Part shown: positions 36,433 to 47,335 of the stretch, piece after piece | How the letters are laid out: each line of letters starts with the position of its first letter | Position numbering within the stretch: position 1 is the first letter of the stretch | NCBI GenBank assembly: GCA_037129895.1 | Contig: JBAXUB010000004.1 | Location: 60 to 64,059 of the forward strand | Direction: 5' to 3' | DNA from: Candidatus Tayloriibacteriota bacterium | GTDB lineage: Bacteria; Patescibacteriota; Minisyncoccia; Phycocordibacterales; PALSA-1337 | DNA length: 64,000 nt | Notes under the pieces: model-generated | The model's database searches: none | What the model saw: only the letters and a program-made list of their open reading frames with translations | What the model was told of the DNA's origin: nothing | Program-made: the position numbers and the translations under genes

Positions 36433-37878
36433 TTAAATTATCGTTATATTTTTTATTGTCTCTTCAATCATTCCTCTGAATCCATGTGATCCCAAAAAGG
36501 CGATCACGTCTCCCTTTTTTGCAATCGATAATATATACGAGACTAGTTTTTCATCGTCATCTATATGAATAGTGTTTTTCTGTGTCTTTCCGATTATCTC
36601 AGCTAATTCCTGACCTTCGATTGGTACGTTTGGATCATCCGTAGCAACTTTGAGCTTCGTCAGTCGTGGGATGATGACAGTATCGGCATCTCTGAAAGCA
36701 TTGTCATATTTGTGAGCTGACTGACGTTCTCTGCCACCACTGTTCGGCTCGAATATTACGATAACTTTGCCACCTTTACTCTCACTACTAGAACTTCCAT
36801 AAATGTCTTTGAGTGTTGATAATACAGATGAGGCCTTTTCTGGGGAGTGTGCGATGTCATCGATGACCGATATACCTTTCGTAGATTTGGATCCATCAAG
36901 CCTCTTTTCCATGCGTCTTTTCAAGCCATTAAATTCTGAGATGGCTCGTATGACCGTTTCTGCATCTATGCCAATAGATATAGCCATTGCGAAACATCCT
37001 GTTATGTTCTCGGCTTGATATGATCCGAGCATCGGTGATTGTAATCTGTAATGTTTGTTATCGTGAGTGATTTTGAAATCAAGCCCCAACTGAGATTGGA
37101 TAACGTCAGAGTATATAAAGTCTGCAGTATTCTGTGTTCCGTATGTAATTATTTTCCCAGTGAAGTTTTCTATAATCTTGTTTATTCCAGGCTGATCGCA
37201 TCTCGTTACCAATCGTCCGTTCTCGGGTACTTCTCGAAGCAATTTCCTGAAGGCTTCAAAGTAGCTCTCTTCTGTAGGGTATAGATCAGCATGATCCCAG
37301 GATACAGCCGAAAGTAATAGATGGGTAGGTTTGTAATGGAAAAACTTGGCACGATCATCTGTTGGTGAACTCTTGTATTCATCTCCTTCAAATACATTCC
37401 ATGGAGAGTCGGTAACCATCGCCGAAGACTCATGTGATAGAGAAACACCGCCAAACATATAGCTGGGGTTTAATTGGGCTTTTTCCAAGATAAATGAAAG
37501 TAATGCTGAAGAAGATGTTTTACCCCATGTACCTGAACAAACTATAGAATTGTCCCTGACAAAATATTTTCCTAGAATTTCTGGATATGAAAGCATAGGG
37601 ATGCCATGTTCCTTTGCGTATATCGTTTCAGGGTTCTGACTTCCAGATGCAGCACCGATCATGACAACGTCCGGAATGCCGCCCTCAATCATCTTTTCTG
37701 GGTGCCAACCAGCATAGTAGGGGATATTGTGCTTTTCTAGTTCAGTAGAGACTGGTGGAAAAAAACCTTTGTCACTACCTGTTACATCGGCGCCAGCATT
37801 TTTCAGTGCTATAGCTATAGCACTTGTTGCGACACCGCAAATACCGATTACGTGGATTTTTCTTGGTAAATTAATCAT
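36433..37878 (-). CDS. Mur ligase family protein (MurC/Mpl-like)
   Basis: N-terminal HVIGICGVATSAIAIAL Rossmann. Central GTWGKTSS P-loop (GTNGKTT-like). Confidence 0.65.
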   Translation of the reverse strand: MINLPRKIHVIGICGVATSAIAIALKNAGADVTGSDKGFFPPVSTELEKHNIPYYAGWHPEKMIEGGIPDVVMIGAASGSQNPETIYAKEHGIPMLSYPEILGKYFVRDNSIVCSGTWGKTSSSALLSFILEKAQLNPSYMFGGVSLSHESSAMVTDSPWNVFEGDEYKSSPTDDRAKFFHYKPTHLLLSAVSWDHADLYPTEESYFEAFRKLLREVPENGRLVTRCDQPGINKIIENFTGKIITYGTQNTADFIYSDVIQSQLGLDFKITHDNKHYRLQSPMLGSYQAENITGCFAMAISIGIDAETVIRAISEFNGLKRRMEKRLDGSKSTKGISVIDDIAHSPEKASSVLSTLKDIYGSSSSESKGGKVIVIFEPNSGGRERQSAHKYDNAFRDADTVIIPRLTKLKVATDDPNVPIEGQELAEIIGKTQKNTIHIDDDEKLVSYILSIAKKGDVIAFLGSHGFRGMIEETIKNITII

Positions 37879-38552
37879 TATTTTGTTATAAGAACCTTCT
37901 TTGCTTCTTCTAGATCTGTACTCCAGATTTTACCATCGAACCATTCGAGACCTTCGAACTGAAGTTTGTATGTGTCTGATGGACGTTGGAGGGAACCTAG
38001 ATATATGTATTTCAAATTTAGAGATTTTGCATATTCTATAGCACGAATCATCATTCCGAGACCCATATCTTTCGGTGCCAATGTGAGGTCATAGAATGGA
38101 TATGAATAATGTAATAGTGAAGATGTCTGATTGCAAATGACGAAACCAATATCTGTCGAGGTATTTGTTGAAGAAGATAGAGAATACGTCAGTAATGTAT
38201 TGAAATTGCTTTTTGCATTGTCGGATAGCATTTCTTTTACCTTTTGAGCACTCATCACACCTGTTTCGAATTTGGTATCATAGAAATCTTTGGCCAGTTT
38301 GCCGATACTGAAGTTATAATCCTGAAGAGGCAAGTTTCCAACTTTCGGTCCAGATATTTCCGAGGTCTTTTTCAGAATGCGCCTGTTCTCGCTAGTTAGG
38401 TTGAATTTCGATAGATCGATCCTAACTGATCTCGTCTGTTGCATCGCTCCTCTAGCTATACGCGTAAATACATAGCCATTCTCATACATGTTGGCTATAT
38501 TATCTTCGGAAAAATCGTTTAATATTTTTTCATTCCAATTGAGGTATTTCAT
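37878..38552 (-). CDS. hypothetical protein (possibly aminoacyl-transferase/GNAT-like)
   Basis: Sits between a Mur ligase and mraY. Weak resemblance only. Confidence 0.3.
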   Translation of the reverse strand: MKYLNWNEKILNDFSEDNIANMYENGYVFTRIARGAMQQTRSVRIDLSKFNLTSENRRILKKTSEISGPKVGNLPLQDYNFSIGKLAKDFYDTKFETGVMSAQKVKEMLSDNAKSNFNTLLTYSLSSSTNTSTDIGFVICNQTSSLLHYSYPFYDLTLAPKDMGLGMMIRAIEYAKSLNLKYIYLGSLQRPSDTYKLQFEGLEWFDGKIWSTDLEEAKKVLITK

Positions 38553-38561
38553 ACTTGATTC

Positions 38562-39689
38562 TTAGTGTAGTGCCAACCAGAATCCAAATACTACGAATAT
38601 GAAGTGAACAACCCAGAAGCGCATGACGGTTTTCTCCTCACTCCAACCTTTGAGTTCGAAATGGTGATGTAGTGGTGCCATGCGGAATACCTTGCGGCCG
38701 AGGAAGTATCGAGACATGACTTGGATAACTACCGAGATTGCCTCGACGTAGAAAATAAATCCGAGGAATAATAGGGAACTGGTTTCACCGATAGCCATAG
38801 CGTTCACTGCTAGTAGTGCGCCAAGTCCTAAACTACCGACATCTCCCATCATGAATCTAGCGGGTTTGATATTGTAGTATGTGTACGCTACCAGTGCACC
38901 TATAGTTGTAGCATTCAGTATTGCGATCTCGCCGAATCCATTGATCCAGGAAAGTAATGTAAGTGAGCTAAACGTGATGATGAGTGTTCCTCCAGCCAGT
39001 CCGTCCATACCGTCAGCAATGTTCACGGCGTTAGCGGTAAACATGACGATAAAAATGATGATTGGAATTATGAATATTCCAGCGTTCAGTGCTATGTCGA
39101 ATGGAAAATATATATAATGCCACGCAGGGCCTAATTTCGTATAAATCCACCACGCAGTCAATGTTCCAGCGATAAACTGGAGGATCAATTTCTCATGTAC
39201 AAAAATGCCTTTTCCAGGTCTCGATCCGAACCATACCGACATACGTTTGAATGCTGTCCAAGGCAATGTGAGCATGTACCATAGACGCATCTTGAAGTCC
39301 TTGTGAACTCTTATGAGTTTGAGAACATGTCCTAACTTTCTCGAATGCCTCTCTCTGCCATAGATATTCATGAAGTCGTCGATCGCACCTAATCCAGCAG
39401 AGAGTAGCATCACACCTATTGGTACCCAAGTAAAATTGCGTGACCAATTGAATAAGATCGTGATCACTGCCACTGTGACTATGACCAATAGACCTCCCAT
39501 GACTGGTGTACTGTTCTTGTATGCATGGGAACCGAGTTTACTGAGCTCAGTTTTTGGTCCCTTTATTACATGGAGGCGATAGAGTACTTTCGACAAAAAA
39601 GGTGCCCATAACATAGCCACGACGGCTCCAGCCAAGGCAAAACTCATAATATAGGCCAGATCTGCTGTGCCCTGTAATATCGTTATCAT
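38562..39689 (-). CDS. mraY: phospho-N-acetylmuramoyl-pentapeptide transferase
   Basis: NAVNIADGMDGLAGG and MMGDVGSLGLG motifs. Polytopic membrane protein. Confidence 0.85.
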   Translation of the reverse strand: MITILQGTADLAYIMSFALAGAVVAMLWAPFLSKVLYRLHVIKGPKTELSKLGSHAYKNSTPVMGGLLVIVTVAVITILFNWSRNFTWVPIGVMLLSAGLGAIDDFMNIYGRERHSRKLGHVLKLIRVHKDFKMRLWYMLTLPWTAFKRMSVWFGSRPGKGIFVHEKLILQFIAGTLTAWWIYTKLGPAWHYIYFPFDIALNAGIFIIPIIIFIVMFTANAVNIADGMDGLAGGTLIITFSSLTLLSWINGFGEIAILNATTIGALVAYTYYNIKPARFMMGDVGSLGLGALLAVNAMAIGETSSLLFLGFIFYVEAISVVIQVMSRYFLGRKVFRMAPLHHHFELKGWSEEKTVMRFWVVHFIFVVFGFWLALH

Positions 39690-39753
39690 ACCTATTAAGA
39701 TACCATAAAATATGGGATCTGTTCAATTGGGGATTAGGTTGTTTGGTAGTTTG

Positions 39754-39873
39754 TTAAGTAGCCCTGCATTCTTCAAATGGCGGGGCACGGATATTTTTCT
39801 GCTGAAAAATTCCTCGTGCTTGCGCCAGTCGCGCTCGCAAGTCCCCGCCATTTGAAGAATGCAGGGCTACTTA
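39754..39873 (+). repeat. structured repeat family copy B: 65-nt core within a perfect 32-bp inverted repeat
   Basis: Arms ttaagtagccctgcattcttcaaatggcgggg and the exact reverse complement. Confidence 0.75.
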
Positions 39874-39908
39874 AAATATCCCAATTCAATTAATTTAAAA
39901 TATTTGAG

Positions 39909-40685
39909 CTACAACCACTTCAATCTACGTAATTCAGTTTTTGATTTTTGAGCTCTTATGAAAAGTCGATTCGTCGGACCTTCTTTACCATCTTCGATCC
40001 ATCGAGCTTCTAGGAAGCCTTTTTGTGGGTCGAGTATCTCTATCGAACCTTGTCTGACACCAGTATTGGAGACACCGTCTTCAGGGTATGCAACGGAATG
40101 TGAGTAATGAATCTTTGTAGGGAAAAAGTTTTGGTAATCGATCTGATGAATGACAAGTATGTGATCTCTCTCACTGTCATCGTTATCGCCAGTCATCGTG
40201 ATCATATCTCCAGGAGTGACTTCTCCCAATGTTACGAGCCGACTGTTTCTGTCATCTGCGAATGTTGCAACATCACAATTCTCAGCTGGTCGCAGGGAAC
40301 ATCGAATCTTGGAGATGATTCCAGAACAGTTCACAAACTTGAGGTGTTTATCTATCGATCCTTTATTCGATTCTAGACATTCAGCATTCAATACGTAATA
40401 CGCGAATCCAGAACAATCAATGCCGATGTTATGATCTACCAGTATCTTTTTTAAAGTTTCATCTGCAAGTTGTTCCACTGGGAAGTGACTCTTATTCATT
40501 ATTGAGTCGACTTCTTCGAAAATATCTTTTGGACTGCCTTTACCAACATAGGTACGAAGAGTGCCGCGAGATCTAGCGACTTTATTATTATAATAGGGGA
40601 CTCTGCATACTGACGTGCCGACAGTAAAGTGGTTGTATTGGTCAATAACTGATAGTGCTCGATTTGAAAGAGTTTTTGTATTCAT
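39909..40685 (-). CDS. hypothetical protein with NlpC/P60-like Cys-His motif (putative cell-wall peptidase)
   Basis: DCSGFAYYVL...H pattern. Cell-wall gene neighbourhood. Confidence 0.35.
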   Translation of the reverse strand: MNTKTLSNRALSVIDQYNHFTVGTSVCRVPYYNNKVARSRGTLRTYVGKGSPKDIFEEVDSIMNKSHFPVEQLADETLKKILVDHNIGIDCSGFAYYVLNAECLESNKGSIDKHLKFVNCSGIISKIRCSLRPAENCDVATFADDRNSRLVTLGEVTPGDMITMTGDNDDSERDHILVIHQIDYQNFFPTKIHYSHSVAYPEDGVSNTGVRQGSIEILDPQKGFLEARWIEDGKEGPTNRLFIRAQKSKTELRRLKWL

Positions 40686-40693
40686 TATGTAGA

Positions 40694-41959
40694 TTATATC
40701 TCAATTTTGAAATGTGCACTCTTTATAGCCTCTGCGATCTCATGACCTTTGGTATTCAATGATCCATGAGATTCCATAATACCTTGGTCATATTGGATGC
40801 GTAGAAGGTCAGCGTTGTATCCAGTATTCTGATAGGCAACGACATTGTAGCCAAGTTTTTGTAGGGAAGATGAGACATCATCGAATATTGCTTGAACATT
40901 TTTTGTGACTCTCTGAACAACTTGCGCACCGCCATCTATCTTTATGATGTCTTGATCAATAGGTAGACCTGAAAGAGCGCGAATGTGTGCCTCGAATGTT
41001 GTGAGGCCGCGAACACCGCTCTCGCGAGCCTTTTCCTGGAGTGAAGACTCAAATGTTGTTGACGCTGGTTGGCGAGCATTGATCTCGATCAAAAATATTC
41101 GGCCACTCTTTTCATGTTTGATGAGGTCGATACCAAATAGACCTCTCCAGCCATCTGTTTGGAGTTTCATACCTATCTCGTTCGCCATTGTTTCAATACT
41201 CTTCGTGTCTTCTGAAGTCAAAAGCTTCTTTGCTAGAGACCAATCATTGCCAACAGTACTGAATGTGCCGTCAGTAAATGGTGGTACACCTGTGATCTGG
41301 TAGCTCAGATTCCCTAGAATGATCCTTGTTGGAGTAACTACAACATTCACGGTGAATGATGGTCCTGTAACAAAGGCGGATATTCTAGCGATTCTCTCAG
41401 GGAATTTTTCTTGGACTGCGCGCAGATCGTCGAATGTCTTTATGAGCATCGTTCCATCACCGGTGTGTCCATGATTCCATTGGATGATGAAAGGGTTTTC
41501 TCCTTTCCATGTGATCATCTTCGTGATTTTTGCAGCATGTGGTGGTAAATATTTCGTGCCGAGTGAACCTAACCATCGAAGTTGAGTGATCTTGTTTTCT
41601 ACTCTTTCGGAGAGCATTGCTCCAGGATTGAGTAGGTTACAATTCAATAGTTTGGCGGAAGTTTCTACTCGAGTGGTATTCTTGAATACTAGAATAGAAG
41701 GAGCGATCGAAGAATCTACACTGCGAGATTTGATATCAGATATCAAAGATTTCGTTATCTCATGTCCTAGTAGGTCAGTGGTTCCTAGTAAACCCTTTTC
41801 TCCACCATCGATCAGTATTACTGAATCTGGAAATTGTTGCTTCACACTTTCTCCGTATCTAGTTTTGTTAGAAACGATAATATAATGTTCGTTCGGCTTC
41901 GTACCTAGCGCCCTCTCGATTTCTCTGGTGATATATATAATAGTAGTGTTTGTGTTCAT
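40694..41959 (-). CDS. ATP-grasp domain ligase (Ddl-like)
   Basis: GLFGIDLIKHEKSGRIFLIEINARQP motif. Confidence 0.5.
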   Translation of the reverse strand: MNTNTTIIYITREIERALGTKPNEHYIIVSNKTRYGESVKQQFPDSVILIDGGEKGLLGTTDLLGHEITKSLISDIKSRSVDSSIAPSILVFKNTTRVETSAKLLNCNLLNPGAMLSERVENKITQLRWLGSLGTKYLPPHAAKITKMITWKGENPFIIQWNHGHTGDGTMLIKTFDDLRAVQEKFPERIARISAFVTGPSFTVNVVVTPTRIILGNLSYQITGVPPFTDGTFSTVGNDWSLAKKLLTSEDTKSIETMANEIGMKLQTDGWRGLFGIDLIKHEKSGRIFLIEINARQPASTTFESSLQEKARESGVRGLTTFEAHIRALSGLPIDQDIIKIDGGAQVVQRVTKNVQAIFDDVSSSLQKLGYNVVAYQNTGYNADLLRIQYDQGIMESHGSLNTKGHEIAEAIKSAHFKIEI

Positions 41960-42057
41960 ATTTGCAGTCTAATATAGTTTGGCGATAATCTCAACTCGTT
42001 GAATCCTTTCATGCGACTAGTCTGAACCTGTGCACAATATCTAGTATGTGATAATGT

Positions 42058-42783
42058 ATGGAAATGGTGACTTTTTCCGTACTTGGAACCCCGATAGGCA
42101 ATCTCGAAGATATTACACTTCGGGCTTTGAATGCGTTGCGGGCGGCAGACCTCGTATTATGTGAGGATACTCGTACGACAAAAAAACTTTTTGATAAGTA
42201 TGATATCCATATAAAGACCATGTCTTATCATGTTCACAGTAAACTTTCTCGTACTGAAGAGATAGTCAGGATTTTGAGGGAGGCTTGTATTAATGAAAAT
42301 ATAGAGAATTTCAGAGTCATTCTAGTATCAGATGCTGGAACTCCTGGTATATCTGATCCTGGATCGGAACTCGTAGGTAGGATAAGGAGCGAATTGTCGG
42401 TTGAGATTGCGGCCGGCTCGGTCAAAATCGAAGCGTTACCAGGGCCATCAGCTATCACTGCCGCGCTCTCTATCGCCGGTGTTCCGTGTGCTGATTTTGT
42501 ATTCCTCGGTTTCTTACCACATAAAAAAGGTCGGCAAACATTATTCAGAGAAATCGCTGAATCAGAAAGGACCGTTGTATTTTATGAATCACCACATAGG
42601 ATTATGAAGACGTTGGAAGCATTGAGAGTTGAAGTGAATGCAGAGAAGAAAATCACCATATGTCGTGAACTAACGAAAATATTTGAAGAGGTCGTGGCCG
42701 GTAGTGCAGAGGAAGTATTCCAATATTTTACTAGTCATCCAGATAAAGTCAGGGGAGAGTTTGTCGTTATCGTGTCTGGATAA
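42058..42783 (+). CDS. rsmI: 16S rRNA (cytidine1402-2'-O)-methyltransferase
   Basis: Tetrapyrrole-methylase fold. LSVLGTPIGNLEDITLRAL...LCEDTR motifs. Confidence 0.8.
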   Translation: MEMVTFSVLGTPIGNLEDITLRALNALRAADLVLCEDTRTTKKLFDKYDIHIKTMSYHVHSKLSRTEEIVRILREACINENIENFRVILVSDAGTPGISDPGSELVGRIRSELSVEIAAGSVKIEALPGPSAITAALSIAGVPCADFVFLGFLPHKKGRQTLFREIAESERTVVFYESPHRIMKTLEALRVEVNAEKKITICRELTKIFEEVVAGSAEEVFQYFTSHPDKVRGEFVVIVSG

Positions 42784-42859
42784 TCGATGAAAATATTTTT
42801 GTAAAAAAATACCGAGGCCAGATGGTCTCGGTGTGTGACACTATGAAGTTCGGTGTCTT

Positions 42860-43255
42860 TTACTTGGTTTCTTTTACGCGACCGTTGTTTATGAGTTGGT
42901 CGACCTTTTCCTCTTCTACGGGGTCTCTAGATAGAATGATTTTGTCTCCAGTCACAGACATGAAGACTGTTGTGAGAAGTTTTGTCTCTTCGTGGATGAG
43001 CCGGCACTCGTCAAAGACCGAAGTATAATTCTCATGTCGATGCGTCACTATTTCGTGCACTTCTCCCTTGTGGTCGGCTTTTCTCAGTGTGAGAAATGGA
43101 GCGATCGTCAAGGTCAGTGTATGACCGACAAAACGATAACTGAATATTTTCCCAGCGTGTGAGTCGCCCAGTGGTAGGACGAGTCGGCAGACTGTGAATT
43201 TCTTTAGAACATTACCATCATCGTAGACTGAACTCCGAAATTTATCTGTAAACAT
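42860..43255 (-). CDS. hypothetical protein
   Basis: ORF with His-rich motifs. No family assigned. Confidence 0.3.
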   Translation of the reverse strand: MFTDKFRSSVYDDGNVLKKFTVCRLVLPLGDSHAGKIFSYRFVGHTLTLTIAPFLTLRKADHKGEVHEIVTHRHENYTSVFDECRLIHEETKLLTTVFMSVTGDKIILSRDPVEEEKVDQLINNGRVKETK

Positions 43256-43360
43256 ATTTTATTTTTCTAGTGTTTCTGGGGTCATCCTACCATGATGTGA
43301 CGTATTCGCAAGGAGTGATAACTTCCACAAGTTATCACTAGATGTTACAATGGCAACACT

Positions 43361-43582
43361 ATGTCCAAAAGACAAATCATAATGATACTAGGATTGTTGG
43401 TTTCCATCATTCAATTTCTAGGATTTCCCAGTAGTTGGAACAAGATATTTTATGTTTTCGTTGGAATATTGATAATAGGAGTTGCATATAATATGGCCAA
43501 GAAAATCAATCCCGTAGACGCCAAGGCTTTACCATACGAAGAACACAAGAGTGGGCAAAATAATATCGGAGAAAGCAAATGA
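43361..43582 (+). CDS. small membrane protein
   Basis: Two predicted TM helices. Overlaps the next gene by 4 nt. Confidence 0.35.
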   Translation: MSKRQIIMILGLLVSIIQFLGFPSSWNKIFYVFVGILIIGVAYNMAKKINPVDAKALPYEEHKSGQNNIGESK

Positions 43583-44784
43583 GGATACCTTGGAAAGACA
43601 ATGGAGCCACACGCATCGTAGTAATATTACTCGGCGTGTGTTTCATTTTTGTTTGTACACTCGTTATCTTCTGGTCAGTTCCTGTTGGGAAGATGACATA
43701 CTCGGAGGCAGAACAACAGCTTCCGGCAACTAGTACGATCGACACAGTTCAGGTAGTGAAACCCGTAACTCATCTCAAGACCCCAGTTCCACTAAAGGCG
43801 GTTTACATGACGAGTTGGGCTGCTGGTAATGACAAGTTCAGAGCAGAACTATTCGACCTCGTAGATACAACAGAGATAAATGCAGTTGTCATAGACGTAA
43901 AAGATTATTCCGGAAGAATCAGTTTCCCAGTTGATGATCCGGCCCTTATTAAAATCGGATCCGCTGAAAAACGTATTCCGGATATAAAGGAGTTTATAGA
44001 GAAACTTCATACTAGGGGGGTGTATGTCATCGGGCGCATTTCTTCTTTTCAAGATTCATTCTTGGTAAATATTCGTCCAGAGTTGGCTGTGAGGACAGGA
44101 AGTGGTGCTATCTGGAAAGATTATAAAGGTGTGAAGTGGTTGGATGCTGGTGCACAACCTGTGTGGGATTATTTGGTCGCTATAGGTAAGCAAGCCTACG
44201 CTTATGGTTTTGATGAATTGAATTTTGATTACATAAGATATCCATCAGATGGCAATCTTGATGACATCGCGTATTCATGGAGTAATGGCAGGACGCGCCG
44301 AGAAGTTATGCGTGATTTTTTCCTGTATCTCCGTGAGCAGTTAGCGGGAACTCCGGTACCTATCTCTGCTGACTTGTTCGGTCTCACGACGAGTGCCAAT
44401 GATGATCTCGGTATCGGTCAAGTTTTGACTGATGCGTTGCCATATTTCGACTATGTATCGCCTATGGTCTATCCATCTCATTTTTCCAAAGGTTATCTCG
44501 GCTTCAATAAACCGGCAGAGCATCCTTATGACGTTATACATTTCGCTATGAATACGGCGATCAATCGTGCTATAGCAGCATCGTCTTCACCTGATAAACT
44601 CCGTCCATGGTTGCAAGCATTCGATATGGGAGCAACTTATACACCAGCTATGGTTCGTGCGCAGATACAAGCTACCAATGATCTCGGTCTAACTAGTTGG
44701 ATGCTCTGGGATGCTGCGAGCAGGTATGACAAAAAGGATCTGGTTCCGAAGTCAGCCACTACTAGTAGTTCTGTCTCTAGATAG
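43579..44784 (+). CDS. membrane-anchored putative glycoside-hydrolase-like (TIM-barrel, DUF4015-like) protein
   Basis: N-terminal TM anchor. KAVYMTSWAAG...VVIDVKDYSG pattern. Confidence 0.4.
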   Translation: MRIPWKDNGATRIVVILLGVCFIFVCTLVIFWSVPVGKMTYSEAEQQLPATSTIDTVQVVKPVTHLKTPVPLKAVYMTSWAAGNDKFRAELFDLVDTTEINAVVIDVKDYSGRISFPVDDPALIKIGSAEKRIPDIKEFIEKLHTRGVYVIGRISSFQDSFLVNIRPELAVRTGSGAIWKDYKGVKWLDAGAQPVWDYLVAIGKQAYAYGFDELNFDYIRYPSDGNLDDIAYSWSNGRTRREVMRDFFLYLREQLAGTPVPISADLFGLTTSANDDLGIGQVLTDALPYFDYVSPMVYPSHFSKGYLGFNKPAEHPYDVIHFAMNTAINRAIAASSSPDKLRPWLQAFDMGATYTPAMVRAQIQATNDLGLTSWMLWDAASRYDKKDLVPKSATTSSSVSR

Positions 44785-45101
44785 GTTGTTATATAAATGT
44801 AGTTTACTTTTTATTTAAATTAGTTTTGAGGTGATACATACAGTATGCTTTTCTCATTACTCCTCTGCGGAATGAGGAAACTATTATTCGTCTCGTAAAT
44901 TGGCGCACCACGGAACAGTCCTCGAGTCGTAAGAACAAATGCTTGTCGTATGTCTTACGAAAGTATAATTAATGAATAGAACACCGCGTGATTTTTACCC
45001 CCTTGCATTATCCTATAATAGTGTTATGATTTTTGTGGACCTGATTCGTTGATGGGATAAGAGTACTGTGTCGTACTCTGATCAATGAAACAGATAGCAA
45101 A

Positions 45102-45350
45102 TTGGAATCAGTTATGGCAAAAAAGGCCTATGGAAATGGTTCGGTTGTGATACCGAAGGATCCTCTGCAAAAGCTAGCTGAAGCAAAAGCTAAGAGAGCT
45201 GTTGATACTGGTGTGGTTCGTGGGAACAAGATACTCATGTTCTTCAGAAACCGCAATGATGAGAAGTTCAACATCGAGGCTCCCGCTGAACGGGAGATAG
45301 CTCTCGGTACTGCGATGCAGTTGGTTCGCAAAGGTTGCGTCCCTGTGTAA
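45102..45350 (+). CDS. hypothetical small protein
   Basis: ORF only. Confidence 0.3.
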   Translation: MESVMAKKAYGNGSVVIPKDPLQKLAEAKAKRAVDTGVVRGNKILMFFRNRNDEKFNIEAPAEREIALGTAMQLVRKGCVPV

Positions 45351-45444
45351 CGCATCCAGCACTTCATGTGCGACAAGACACACCCCCCTGCCAATCTTTG
45401 GGCAGGGGGGCTTCTTTATGTTATAATATTCTCATAGCTCATTC

Positions 45445-47283
45445 ATGGACGAAAATCGAATCACATATTTCGCTGAGACGGATGCTCGTAACAAACGGGT
45501 TAAATTTGGTATCAAAGCCAAAGACCGTACGAGACACGTATACGTGATAGGAAAGACGGGTATGGGAAAGTCTACTATGCTAGAGAACATGGCTGCGCAG
45601 GACATCCAAAATGGCGAAGGAATGTGCTTCATAGACCCACACGGTAAAACAGCTGACCTCATGCTCGAATACGTGCCTAAAGAGCGTATAAGAGACGTCA
45701 TATACATAGCACCGTTCGATATAGAACACCCGATATCATTCAATGTGTTAGAACATGTGGATCCAGACAAGAGACATCTAGTTTCATCGGGACTCATGAG
45801 TACTTTCAAGAAAATCTGGGAGGATGCATGGTCGGCGCGTATGGAATATATTCTGACCAATACGTTGCTCGCTTTGCTCGAGTACCCAGGAGCAACATTA
45901 CTTGGAGTGAATAGAATGCTATCAGACAAGGATTATAGAAAAGAGGTGGTCAATAATATCAAGGATCCTTCGGTAAAAGCATTTTGGCAAAAGGAATTTG
46001 CGAACTATACAGAACGCCAAGCGGCAGAAGCGGTACCTGCTATCCAGAACAAGGTGGGACAATTCACAGCAAATCCTTTGATCAGGAATATGATCGGTCA
46101 GCCGAATTCGTCATTTGATTTTAGAAAGGCGATAGATCAGAAAAAGATCGTGATCATCAACTTGTCGAAGGGTAGAATAGGTGATGAGAATATGAAACTC
46201 CTCGGAGGTTTGCTCGTCACGAAGATATATCTAGCAGCGATGTCACGCGCTGATGTTCCTGATCGAATGATGCAGGTCCTGCCAAATTTCTATTTATATG
46301 TGGACGAATTCCAGAACTTTGCTAACGCTTCATTTGCAGATATTTTGTCAGAAGCTAGAAAGTACAAACTCAATCTAACGATAGCGCACCAATATGTTGA
46401 ACAGATGGATGAAATAGTTAGGCCGGCAGTTTTCGGTAACGTTGGAACGATGATCTCTTTCCGAGTAGGAGCGACGGACGCAGAATTGTTGGAGAAGGAG
46501 TTTGCTCCACAATTCGTCATAGAGGACTTGGTCAATCTAGGTTTTACACAAATATATTTAAAGTTAATGATCGATGGGCTATCTTCTGTACCATTCTCAG
46601 CTACGACTTTGCCACCTATAGCACATCCAGATGTGTCATATGTAAAGGAGATCATCGCGGCTTCACGTGAACAATTCTCGAGGCCGAGAGCAGAGGTGGA
46701 AGCGGCGGTTGTATTGTTCCACAATCCAGTGGTGGCGGTGAAGAATCCAGTAAATGTAAAGGCACCATCTACTCCATCAATTAGCCCAGTGACCGAATTA
46801 TCGAAAATAGCCCATAAACCGGCAGTAGTTGCTGGTGCTATATTGTCCGGCATCAAAACTGAAGTTTCCAAGATAAAGACGGAGATAACGCATGTATTGC
46901 CTCATAGTCACAAAGGTGAGGGTCAGGTGGCGGTGGTAAAGGATAATGCGAATGTACAGCCGGAAAAGAATGAGAAGGGGGACAAGACACATAAACCATT
47001 TTCTGATCTATTAGCCAGAGTGATGGCAAAAAATGATAATGGAGAAAAAGTTGCGCCAACTCCGATAAATGAAGCAGCGCAATCAAAAAAGACAGCAACG
47101 GTAAGTTTGTCGAAATTGTCGCCAAAGGTCAGTGAGGATAGACGTCATCTGAAAGTCGATCCAAAGGTTGCGACGAAGCAGAATGTGAGCGATCTCAAGA
47201 ATGCATTGGCTGGGGTGTTGAAGAAGGCGGATGTGAAAGAGGTACCAGAGGATGTACTGAAAAAGGTGTTGGAGGGGAATTGA
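45445..47283 (+). CDS. P-loop ATPase of the FtsK/HerA/TraD(VirD4)-like superfamily (type IV secretion/competence coupling-protein-like)
   Basis: Walker A VIGKTGMGKST. Walker B LYVDEFQNF. Confidence 0.45.
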   Translation: MDENRITYFAETDARNKRVKFGIKAKDRTRHVYVIGKTGMGKSTMLENMAAQDIQNGEGMCFIDPHGKTADLMLEYVPKERIRDVIYIAPFDIEHPISFNVLEHVDPDKRHLVSSGLMSTFKKIWEDAWSARMEYILTNTLLALLEYPGATLLGVNRMLSDKDYRKEVVNNIKDPSVKAFWQKEFANYTERQAAEAVPAIQNKVGQFTANPLIRNMIGQPNSSFDFRKAIDQKKIVIINLSKGRIGDENMKLLGGLLVTKIYLAAMSRADVPDRMMQVLPNFYLYVDEFQNFANASFADILSEARKYKLNLTIAHQYVEQMDEIVRPAVFGNVGTMISFRVGATDAELLEKEFAPQFVIEDLVNLGFTQIYLKLMIDGLSSVPFSATTLPPIAHPDVSYVKEIIAASREQFSRPRAEVEAAVVLFHNPVVAVKNPVNVKAPSTPSISPVTELSKIAHKPAVVAGAILSGIKTEVSKIKTEITHVLPHSHKGEGQVAVVKDNANVQPEKNEKGDKTHKPFSDLLARVMAKNDNGEKVAPTPINEAAQSKKTATVSLSKLSPKVSEDRRHLKVDPKVATKQNVSDLKNALAGVLKKADVKEVPEDVLKKVLEGN

Positions 47284-47335
47284 TATATTGGAATTATAGC
47301 TCGTATTGATTCCGGCAGATATAATATAAGCAATC